Below are positions 18,071-25,563 of a stretch of 64,000 nucleotides of DNA, in pieces. Location: positions 107-64,106 of the forward strand of contig DAOVTB010000002.1 in NCBI GenBank assembly GCA_030633305.1, read 5' to 3'. Under the pieces are notes generated by a model. The model did no database searches. It was not told the origin of the DNA and was given only the letters and a program-made list of their open reading frames with translations. Each line of letters starts with the position of its first letter. Position 1 is the stretch's first letter. Position numbers and translations under genes: made by a program. Source of the stretch: Candidatus Muiribacteriota bacterium. Lineage in GTDB: Bacteria > Muiribacteriota > DAOVTB01.

Positions 18071-18104
18071 CTTTGTGCCTTTGCGCCTTTGTGAGATCTA
18101 TTCT
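18071..18104. repeat. CCTTTGTG micro-repeat module (ctttgtgcctttgcgcctttgtgagatctattc)
   Basis: Near-identical to 2251-2284 (ctttgtgccttagtgcctttgtgtgatctattc). Lies between the trxB start and the end of the sigma54 regulator gene. Confidence 0.6.
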
Positions 18105-18112
18105 TTTTATAA

Positions 18113-19489
18113 CTACTTGATATCGTGTTTTTTCAAAAGTTTCTGAAAATTCCTGCGTTCAACAGAAGCCATTTCAGCGGCTTTTGAAACATTTCCTCCA
18201 CTACGATTCAAGACTGCATTAAGATAATTTATTTCAGCAGTATCAACTATATTTTTCTTAAATTCTTTAAATGAAACGTCATAATTTACTACGCGGTCAG
18301 ATTCAGCAAAAGGTTGTGGAGAATCAGATACAATTACTTTCTTGATTTTCTCAGGAAGATCGTTAAACTCAAGTTTATCAGCTTCAGCAAAAATACAAAC
18401 TGATTCAATAACATTCTTTAACTCACGAATATTTCCAGGCCAGGAATAATTCATCAAACCTTCAACAAATTTTGCATCCATACACTCTGAAGTCCTGCCA
18501 TGTAAATTTAGAAAATGATCTGCCAGCATAACAATATCACCCGCTCTTTCCCTAAGCGGCGGCAGCAAAAGTTTCACAACTTCAAGCCTATAATATAAGT
18601 CCTTTCTAAATGAACCTTTATCTATTTCATCAAGTAATATTTTATTTGTCGCAGCAATAACCCTTACATCAACCTTGATTGGAATTGAATCTCCAACTCT
18701 TAAAAGTTCACCAGTTTCTAGTACTCTTAACAATTTACTCTGAAGATTAAAGTCCATTTCACCAATTTCATCAAGAAAAAGTGTTCCCCCATCAGTCGAT
18801 TCAAAATATCCCTTTTTGTTTGAAATAGCCCCTGTAAAGGCACCTTTTTTGTATCCAAACAATTCACTTTCAAGAATTTCTCCTGAAATAGCAGCACAAT
18901 TCACTGCAAGAAAATGCTTATTTTTCCTATCACTGATATGATGTATCCCACGGGCAACAAGTTCTTTGCCACTCCCGCTTTCTCCTGTTATAAGTACTGT
19001 ACTCTTGATTCTAGAGACTTTTTCTATCAGATTGTATAAGCGGTTCATTTCATCACTTTTTCCAATCATATTGCAAAATGAATATTTAATATTCAGCTCA
19101 GATTTCAATCGTTTATTTTCGTTTTTAAGTTCCTGAATCTGCTTGATATGTTTTAAGACTGACAGTACTTCATCCTCAGAAAAAGGTTTCATAAGATAAT
19201 CATATGCACCCTTTTTCATCATAGAAACTGCACCTTTTACGGTTGCAAAGGCGGTCATTATCACAAAGAAAATTTCTGGATAAAGTTTTTTTGCCTCATC
19301 AATAAATTCATCACCATTCATCTGAGGCATTTTGAAATCACTTATGATTACTTCCGGAACATTTTTTTTCAGGGCTTCTAATGCATTAATTGGAGAATCA
19401 AATTCTGAAACTTCATAACCTTCACGACAAAGAATAATCTTCAGGATCTTTCTCAGGCTATCTTCATCATCTACTATAAATACTTTCAT
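18113..19489 (-). CDS. sigma54-dependent response regulator (NtrC/AtoC family: REC, AAA+ sigma54 activator, Fis-type HTH)
   Basis: REC domain with phospho-acceptor Asp. GESGSGKELVARGIHH Walker A, GAFTGA sigma54-contact motif, C-terminal HTH. No adjacent histidine kinase. Confidence 0.9.
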   Translation of the reverse strand: MKVFIVDDEDSLRKILKIILCREGYEVSEFDSPINALEALKKNVPEVIISDFKMPQMNGDEFIDEAKKLYPEIFFVIMTAFATVKGAVSMMKKGAYDYLMKPFSEDEVLSVLKHIKQIQELKNENKRLKSELNIKYSFCNMIGKSDEMNRLYNLIEKVSRIKSTVLITGESGSGKELVARGIHHISDRKNKHFLAVNCAAISGEILESELFGYKKGAFTGAISNKKGYFESTDGGTLFLDEIGEMDFNLQSKLLRVLETGELLRVGDSIPIKVDVRVIAATNKILLDEIDKGSFRKDLYYRLEVVKLLLPPLRERAGDIVMLADHFLNLHGRTSECMDAKFVEGLMNYSWPGNIRELKNVIESVCIFAEADKLEFNDLPEKIKKVIVSDSPQPFAESDRVVNYDVSFKEFKKNIVDTAEINYLNAVLNRSGGNVSKAAEMASVERRNFQKLLKKHDIK

Positions 19490-20694
19490 TATCTTTTTTC
19501 AATAAAATCCAATGCTTGAGTTTCATTTTCAAAAATCGTAAGCAATGAATCAATGTGAGTGAGTTTCAGCAAATAATGAACGTATTCAGTAAGAGAATAT
19601 GCAGCGACCAGAATTTCAAATTTTGAGGCAAAATTAATAATTGCAGCCACCTGCCCGATTCCTCGGGAATCAATTCTTTTAAGATTAGCGAAATTAAACA
19701 TTATTGCATTAACATGTTTTCCTTTGAAAATGTGTTTAAAATTAAATGAGCTTTCACTCAAAATAAATTCCTCTGGGAACTCAATAAAAACCTTGTTATC
19801 TATAAAATTAAACTTTACTTCATCAGTACAGCCTATTTCAGATTTTTCAACATCACTTTCAACTTTTTTTATTGTTTGACCAAGATCAACAAGTAACCCT
19901 TCTCTGGCGAGATAGGTTTCAGGAAAAATACGACGGGCTATTTCAAGTCTTTCTTCCAAAACATCATCAGTAACACTTGGTCCATGATGAGTGAGATACA
20001 ATTTTCCAACATTCTGTTTAGCTGCGTACCTTGCAACTCTGGTAAAAAATGCATGACCCCAGCCAACTCTGTATTTTATATATTCATCTTCATCATACAT
20101 TGCATCCATGATCAAAACATCAGCATCTTTTATCAAGTCGACTACATTTTGAACTGGTTCTTCATCAGGAAGTTCATTATCAGTACAATAAGCAATCACT
20201 TGGTTTCCCTGTTGAATTCTGAATCCAAGTGATCCACCAGGATGATTTTGATTCCTGGTCATAATCTTAAGATTACCGATTATAAAAGTTTCCTCAATCA
20301 GTTCCATAAACTCCATATTAGCAGTCAATTCGTCCAATTTAATCGGGAAGTACAAACTGTCCATCTGACCGCTTAATGCTTCTTTTAATCTGGCATCAAC
20401 CTTTAAAGCACCGTAAAACTTGATTTTATTTTCTTTAGAATAAAGAGGGCCAAAAAAAGGAATTCCCTGAATATGATCCCAGTGAATATGGGAAATCATA
20501 ATGTGACAGTTAATTTTCTCCCTTTGCATCAGACTAAAACCCAATCGTCTGATACCAGTTCCTGCATCAAAAACTATGATATCATCACAACCATCAGGAA
20601 TCACCTGCAGGCAAGAAGTATTTCCGCCATATTTAAGCATTTCCTGTTCTGGAACAGGTATGGAACCACGAACACCCCAGAATTTAAATTTCAC
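19489..20694 (-). CDS. fusion protein: metallo-beta-lactamase (MBL)-fold hydrolase domain plus a C-terminal STAS (anti-sigma-factor-antagonist-like) domain
   Basis: N-terminal HIHWDHIQG MBL metal-binding motif. The C-terminal roughly 100 aa resemble SpoIIAA/STAS (FNFANLKRIDSRGIGQVAAI). The stop overlaps the start of the sigma54 regulator (19489). Confidence 0.65.
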   Translation of the reverse strand: MKFKFWGVRGSIPVPEQEMLKYGGNTSCLQVIPDGCDDIIVFDAGTGIRRLGFSLMQREKINCHIMISHIHWDHIQGIPFFGPLYSKENKIKFYGALKVDARLKEALSGQMDSLYFPIKLDELTANMEFMELIEETFIIGNLKIMTRNQNHPGGSLGFRIQQGNQVIAYCTDNELPDEEPVQNVVDLIKDADVLIMDAMYDEDEYIKYRVGWGHAFFTRVARYAAKQNVGKLYLTHHGPSVTDDVLEERLEIARRIFPETYLAREGLLVDLGQTIKKVESDVEKSEIGCTDEVKFNFIDNKVFIEFPEEFILSESSFNFKHIFKGKHVNAIMFNFANLKRIDSRGIGQVAAIINFASKFEILVAAYSLTEYVHYLLKLTHIDSLLTIFENETQALDFIEKR

Positions 20695-20714
20695 TCTGAC
20701 CTAATCCCCTTATA

Positions 20715-21839
20715 TTAAAAATCTATCCTGAACTGGCCATCTTTCTGAATCAATTCTCCATCAGCCAAGATTTCACCATTTTCTCTCATGTTATTAATCA
20801 TATCCCAGTGTATCGCAGATCTATTTTTCCCACCACTTTGTGGAATCGACTGTCCGACTGCAACATGAATAGTCCCGCCAATTTTTTCATCAAAAAGAAC
20901 ATTTCGAGTAAACTTCTGAACACCCAGATTTGTCCCAATAGCCAGTTCACCGACTATTTTGGCACCTTCATCTATTTCAAGCATTTTCTTTAGAAATTCA
21001 ATGTTCTCTGAAGCTTCATATTTTACGATCTTTCCTTTTTCAAACCACAGTTTTACATCCAGAACTTCTTTCCCATAATAACAAGCAGGATATGAGAATG
21101 TAATGTGTCCATGTGTATAATCCTCGTGTGGGCCTGTAAAAACTTCTCCATCCGGAAAATTCATTTTACCATCGCAATTAATCCACGTTCGACCTTTAAC
21201 ATTGAATTTAATATCTGTTCCAGCACTCTTTATATGAATAATTTCTTTCTTGTTCAAAAAATCACAAATTTTGGCCTGCCATAAAGAAAGTTTTTCCCAG
21301 CTGGAACGCGGATCTATATCATTCAGAAAGCAACTTGTCATTACAAATTCTTCATAAGTACGTGTACTCATTCCTGCCGCCTGAGCAAGACCATCAGTTG
21401 GGAACAGAGTAATGACAGCTCTTAATTCCTCACGCCCAACGCGTTGCATAAAAGTATCGCTCAAATGTCTTTTGGCCATCCTTTCTATTGCCTGCTTTTC
21501 ATTAGATACATTATGCAAACATTTTGTATTTTTATCTGAAATTATATTTATGATGCAGTCTACGGTCTCTAATTCATTCTTTTCAAATTCACAAACATAC
21601 TCAAGTTGGAATTTTTCTGCATGCTCATAAAACCTTTCCTTAAGTCCTGGAACACCTATCCTTAGAATTGGATGTCCGCCACTTTTCAGGATTTCTTCGT
21701 ATATTGCTTCAATAAGAGGTTTCGCTATATAGGAAGCTGAAATAATCACCTTATCATTCTTTTTAACGTTGACAGAGTAATTAACAAGTACCTGAGCCAT
21801 TTTAGTAATTCGCTGATCTCTCAATTTGGTTAACTCCAT
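20715..21839 (-). CDS. aminopeptidase, M29 (AmpS/PepS/aminopeptidase T) family
   Basis: 374 aa. N-terminal pattern and overall composition resemble M29 thermophilic-type aminopeptidases. Confidence 0.65.
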   Translation of the reverse strand: MELTKLRDQRITKMAQVLVNYSVNVKKNDKVIISASYIAKPLIEAIYEEILKSGGHPILRIGVPGLKERFYEHAEKFQLEYVCEFEKNELETVDCIINIISDKNTKCLHNVSNEKQAIERMAKRHLSDTFMQRVGREELRAVITLFPTDGLAQAAGMSTRTYEEFVMTSCFLNDIDPRSSWEKLSLWQAKICDFLNKKEIIHIKSAGTDIKFNVKGRTWINCDGKMNFPDGEVFTGPHEDYTHGHITFSYPACYYGKEVLDVKLWFEKGKIVKYEASENIEFLKKMLEIDEGAKIVGELAIGTNLGVQKFTRNVLFDEKIGGTIHVAVGQSIPQSGGKNRSAIHWDMINNMRENGEILADGELIQKDGQFRIDF

Positions 21840-21953
21840 TTATAATATTGAATATTTAAATTATAAGTTATTTTTAAATTATTTTCAACATATTTTGTCA
21901 ACTGATAATTTCTCCAGCTTGTTTTTTAAAATAATATTTGTTATAATTGATCT

Positions 21954-22580
21954 ATGATTATATGTAAGAGATGCGGTTTCAGTAATGATGATACTTCTCT
22001 ATTGTGTGAAAACTGTAGTGTTCCTTTAGCTTATAAGAAACAATCCTCATCAGACAATACACAGTATTCTTCTTCTGAAGAACATAAAAGCTTAAGTCAT
22101 ATCCAGATACCCGAATTAGCACTTACTGCGATTATTGCCTGTGTAATGCTTTTCTGGTCACTTGGATTTACTGAAAACGGTTACCAGAATTCTGCTGATA
22201 TTATGGTTTTATTATTGCCATTTGGATTGATTTGTGGATTTGCTCTTTCACACGATGAGATCAGTCCTTTAAATATTTTTGAATGGGAAAGTGCACAGAA
22301 AGTTTATATACTTATACCAAAAATCTGGATGGTTATAACTGCTGTAATTGCTGCCGTTTCCTGGGCAATGGATGGAGCCGCTGGTTATAACGAAACTTTT
22401 GTAACCAGCATATTATATTTTGGTATTTTGTGGGTTCCTGCTTATGCATTTACATTTGTTACCAGCAAATCAAAGGAAACAGTTAGAAATATGTTGGATT
22501 CTTTTGCTATTTTTCTTGGTATGTTTCCATTCGCATGGCTATTTGGTTTTTTTGTTATTGCCATTCTTGAGGGAGATTGA
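21954..22580 (+). CDS. zinc-ribbon (CxxC...CxxC) membrane protein, hypothetical
   Basis: N-terminal CKRCGFS...CENCS zinc ribbon followed by about 5 TM helices. 4-bp overlap with the next gene. Confidence 0.5.
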   Translation: MIICKRCGFSNDDTSLLCENCSVPLAYKKQSSSDNTQYSSSEEHKSLSHIQIPELALTAIIACVMLFWSLGFTENGYQNSADIMVLLLPFGLICGFALSHDEISPLNIFEWESAQKVYILIPKIWMVITAVIAAVSWAMDGAAGYNETFVTSILYFGILWVPAYAFTFVTSKSKETVRNMLDSFAIFLGMFPFAWLFGFFVIAILEGD

Positions 22581-23089
22581 TTTATATGATTAGAAAAGAT
22601 CTGTACTATTTTATTTTATTTACTTTTATTCTTCTTCCTGCACTTGCCTTTACAATCTGGGGAGGTCCTTTAAGAGAAGTTACTATTTTTGATTTCCTCG
22701 CAGATGATTATTTTTATGCTGGAACTAAAAATATAGGTGGCGAAACAGTAAATATTTTTTCCACTCATGAAGATATAACAAAAGTAAAATCTAATATATT
22801 AAAATTCAAAACTCCTTTTGAAATCTACACAGGCGAAAAAGGGATGGTCTATATCAATTATCCTGAAGCGGTAGTCGCTTTAAGAACTGCTACACCTAAG
22901 ATAGCAAAAAAACAAGGACTACGTGTTGGTGATAAAACTATACTCTATGTCAGCTCTCCTGAAGTTGGTGAACGACTTTATAATCGTGGCGGACGAGTTT
23001 ATGTACGCATACATCCTAGATATCGAACTCATTATCGAAGCAGATATGGACGATATTTTCATGGACGCGGAAGTGGCTGGGGAAAATAA
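22577..23089 (+). CDS. secreted hypothetical protein with a basic Arg/Tyr-rich C-terminal tail
   Basis: Signal peptide. C-terminus RVYVRIHPRYRTHYRSRYGRYFHGRGSGWGK. Translationally coupled (ATGA) to the upstream zinc-ribbon membrane protein. Confidence 0.5.
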   Translation: MIYMIRKDLYYFILFTFILLPALAFTIWGGPLREVTIFDFLADDYFYAGTKNIGGETVNIFSTHEDITKVKSNILKFKTPFEIYTGEKGMVYINYPEAVVALRTATPKIAKKQGLRVGDKTILYVSSPEVGERLYNRGGRVYVRIHPRYRTHYRSRYGRYFHGRGSGWGK

Positions 23090-23130
23090 CAATCCAAGTC
23101 CATCAAGCAAAATTAAAGATAGTATTTAAT

Positions 23131-23952
23131 CTACTTTGTAATTCTCTTAAAATATTTGATACTTTCAATAAGATCTTCTTTTGTGTTGTTTTCAATTGTT
23201 AACGCCTTATTGAATTCCCGTTTTTTCAACTCTGAAAAAAAGTCAATAAAATCAATTTTTCCACGACCAAGTGGCTTATGCGAATCATTATCACCATCAT
23301 TATCATGAAGGTGGATCACTGAAATCTTATCTGAAAACATATCAAGCCATTCTCTTGCCGCCATATTTTCAACAAAAACATTAAAATGGCCAATATCAAA
23401 ACAATGAGTTAGATAATCAGAATTGAAATAGTCAAGAATACGACGTATTGTTCCAGGACTGTCATCACGAATATTTTCAATCGAAAGAATTATTCCCTTC
23501 TGTATACTGTAATCAAGTATTTTACTCCATGTTTTCAAACTATTAGCAAGCCACCGATCATATTTTTCAGCACTAAGTCCTGGTCTAAAACCGCTATGTA
23601 AAACCAAGGTACCACCATTAAGAGCTGCAGTAACATCTATAGCCATCTTTACTCTTCGAATTACACTTTCCCTGATAAAATTATCTGTATATCCTGGATT
23701 CAAATCAAAATAAGGTCCATGAACATTTACTTTAAGTCCAGAATCAGAAACTCTTTCTCCTATTTCTTGAATCCTGCTCATCAGATATTCATCTAGAACT
23801 TCACCATCAATATAAATTTCTATTCCAATTGATTCCTGAGCGAGAATCTTAATATGTTCTTCTATGAGCCCAATCGCTATATTAACATAAACATTATTCA
23901 TAATTTTATTCCTTTCACATGCATTCTGATAAACAAATCCCGAAATTATCAT
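23131..23952 (-). CDS. sugar phosphate isomerase/epimerase (xylose-isomerase-like TIM barrel)
   Basis: Typical TIM-barrel AP-endonuclease-2/XylA-like motifs (VLHSG, HLHDN, ...ENN). The likely true start is an internal Met (MNNVYVNIA...). Confidence 0.65.
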   Translation of the reverse strand: MIISGFVYQNACERNKIMNNVYVNIAIGLIEEHIKILAQESIGIEIYIDGEVLDEYLMSRIQEIGERVSDSGLKVNVHGPYFDLNPGYTDNFIRESVIRRVKMAIDVTAALNGGTLVLHSGFRPGLSAEKYDRWLANSLKTWSKILDYSIQKGIILSIENIRDDSPGTIRRILDYFNSDYLTHCFDIGHFNVFVENMAAREWLDMFSDKISVIHLHDNDGDNDSHKPLGRGKIDFIDFFSELKKREFNKALTIENNTKEDLIESIKYFKRITK

Positions 23953-23965
23953 TGTAATAATAATT

Positions 23966-24054
23966 TCAATGTAAGGTTCTGGCCTGCCTGAACCTCATAT
24001 CCCAGAAATCATTAATTTTATTTATCAAGGGTCGGGCAGGCCCGCCCCCTACAG
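23966..24054 (+). repeat. R4-type GC-rich hairpin (long imperfect stem ggcctgcctgaacc / gggtcgggcaggcc) ending CCCTACAG followed by a T-run
   Basis: Shares the GGCAGGC...CCCTACA signature with the hairpins at 2210, 24260, 45728 and 37691. Confidence 0.5.
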
Positions 24055-24062
24055 TTTTTTTA

Positions 24063-24230
24063 TTATTCTTCTATTGTAGCTTCTTCTTCCAGCATAATTG
24101 GTATATCATCACGAATCGGATAAACCCGCTTGCATTTAACACATTTTAAAACATCTCTATCCTCAATGTAATCAATATCAGATTTACAAACTGGACATGC
24201 CAGTATTTTCAACAATTCCTCTTTAATCAT
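24063..24230 (-). CDS. Trm112-like (DUF343/YcaR family) small zinc-finger protein, 55 aa. Not in the ORF track (below 60 aa).
   Basis: [55 protein letters not shown]. CPxCK...CxxC plus the YPIRDGIP(V/I)ML motif typical of Trm112p-like proteins. RBS AGGAGAG upstream. Confidence 0.65.
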   Translation of the reverse strand: MIKEELLKILACPVCKSDIDYIEDRDVLKCVKCKRVYPIRDDIPIMLEEEATIEE

Positions 24231-24259
24231 AAATTCTCTCCTACTCTTATATTATTCTT

Positions 24260-24286
24260 GGGCAGACACAGATGTCTGCCCCTACA
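24260..24286 (+). repeat. R4 hairpin (gggcagacacagatgtctgcccctaca)
   Basis: Perfect 9-bp GC-rich stem plus the conserved CCCTACA tail. Confidence 0.6.
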
Positions 24287-24336
24287 TTATTGATTATTTT
24301 TGTTCGTGCCATCCTATACCACCATATATTTTTTAT

Positions 24337-24430
24337 GGAAACAACTAATCTGGCGCCAGGGTCAAAGCAACTGTGAATTTTTTTGAGACTTCAAAGAAAA
24401 TTAAAGTTCCACGTGACCCCATCTATATTT
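24337..24430 (+). repeat. R1 repeat, copy B
   Basis: Reads ggaaacaactaatctggcgccagggtcaaagcaactgtgaat...ccacgtgaccccatctatattt. Confidence 0.8.
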
Positions 24431-24460
24431 ACTATCTTGTCCTCTTTCTTATTCTTTTTT

Positions 24461-24490
24461 CTCCATGCTCTTCATGTTCTTCATGGTTCA
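24461..24490. repeat. TTCATG micro-repeat (ctccatgctcttcatgttcttcatggttca) in the spacer between R1-B and R2-B
   Basis: Tandem 9-nt units. The same motif occurs at 25527-25555, 54791-54818 and 12341-12352. Confidence 0.6.
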
Positions 24491-24530
24491 ATCTTTTTTT
24501 GTTCTTTTATTTTTTTCTTTAACAATTCTA

Positions 24531-24657
24531 ATTCTGCGTTCTCAGTGAGATGAAGGTTGGATTTTCTTTGTATTTGAGCAAACCGAGGCGCACTCTTCGT
24601 GCGTTGAGGTTTGAACAAATGCAAAAAAATTCAAGATTCGCTCATTGAAGTCGCAGG
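24531..24657 (+). repeat. R2 MITE-like repeat, copy B (partly degraded TIRs). Overlaps the 3' end of the MBL hydrolase gene.
   Basis: Reads attctgcgttctcagtgagatgaaggttgg...aaaccgaggcgcac...ttcaagattcgctcattgaagtcgcagg. Confidence 0.75.
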
Positions 24658-25427
24658 ATTGCCGATGGCATCTCCTGCCTTGCTATTCTCAGAATCTCAA
24701 GAACCCTGTCCTTTTCCAAATATTTCTCCATATCTTTAAGAACAACCTGATATGCCTTGCTATAGGTATTGTTTTCCTCACTTATATGTGACAGATAAAT
24801 CCTCTTAAGTTTTGAAGAATATACCTTTTTAATAAGATCAGCACAGGCATTGTTGCTCAGATGACCATAATTACTTTTGATTCTCTGCTTTAACACCCAT
24901 GGATATTTCCCTGTCATCAGCATCTTGTAATCATGATTGGATTCAACTACTAAAAGATCTAAATCCATTATCCTGTTTTCAATCAATGTCGTTGAAATAC
25001 CTAAATCTGTAACAATTCCAATAAGTTTATTACAATATTCGACCTGGTATCCAACAGGATTTCTTGCGTCATGCGGAACAGAAAAAGGATTAAGTTTTAT
25101 ACCTTTTAAGTTTATAACTTCACCAGGAGTAACATCTACGCTTTCATGAAACTTATTTTTTATCTCTGCTTTAAATGTTGTCGGAGTAGAATAAATTGGA
25201 ATCTTATGTTTTCGCGACATTGGTCCGGCACCTTTAGTGTGATCGCCATGTTCATGGGTAATAAATATTGCATCAATTGAGCAAATATCTACACCAATGA
25301 TATCTAGTCTACGAGCCGTTTCCTTCATAGAAAAGCCTGCATCAATAAGGAAACGGCAACAATCAGAACCAATATAAATACTGTTCCCTTTGCTACCGCT
25401 TCCAATTATTGATAATTCCAAGTACAT
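24642..25427 (-). CDS. MBL-fold metallo-hydrolase (YycJ/RNase-Z-like)
   Basis: HEHGDH motif. 261 aa. Confidence 0.8.
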   Translation of the reverse strand: MYLELSIIGSGSKGNSIYIGSDCCRFLIDAGFSMKETARRLDIIGVDICSIDAIFITHEHGDHTKGAGPMSRKHKIPIYSTPTTFKAEIKNKFHESVDVTPGEVINLKGIKLNPFSVPHDARNPVGYQVEYCNKLIGIVTDLGISTTLIENRIMDLDLLVVESNHDYKMLMTGKYPWVLKQRIKSNYGHLSNNACADLIKKVYSSKLKRIYLSHISEENNTYSKAYQVVLKDMEKYLEKDRVLEILRIARQEMPSAILRLQ

Positions 25428-25526
25428 CTTATTCTATATATTTCCACTTATATTCATTGTTCAACATGCTTGACCCAGAGAACCATTTTAATAACAATAC
25501 TTTTCCTGATCTTTATTTTTTTATTA

Positions 25527-25555
25527 CCTTCATGTTCTTCATGCTCTTCATGGTG
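25527..25555. repeat. TTCATG micro-repeat, standalone copy (ccttcatgttcttcatgctcttcatggtg plus a T-rich tail)
   Basis: Same motif as 24461-24490. Confidence 0.55.
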
Positions 25556-25563
25556 ATTTTTTC

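Noticed and set aside
24661-24680. sigma54-like motif TGGCATctcctGCcttgc near the end of the MBL hydrolase gene. General scan for TGGCAC-N5-TTGC because a sigma54 activator is encoded.
   Set aside because: GG-GC spacing is 8, not the required 10. It lies inside a coding region on the wrong strand. TGGCAC occurrences inside R3 (12640, 34735) lack the -12 TTGC element. No convincing sigma54 promoter found in the window.
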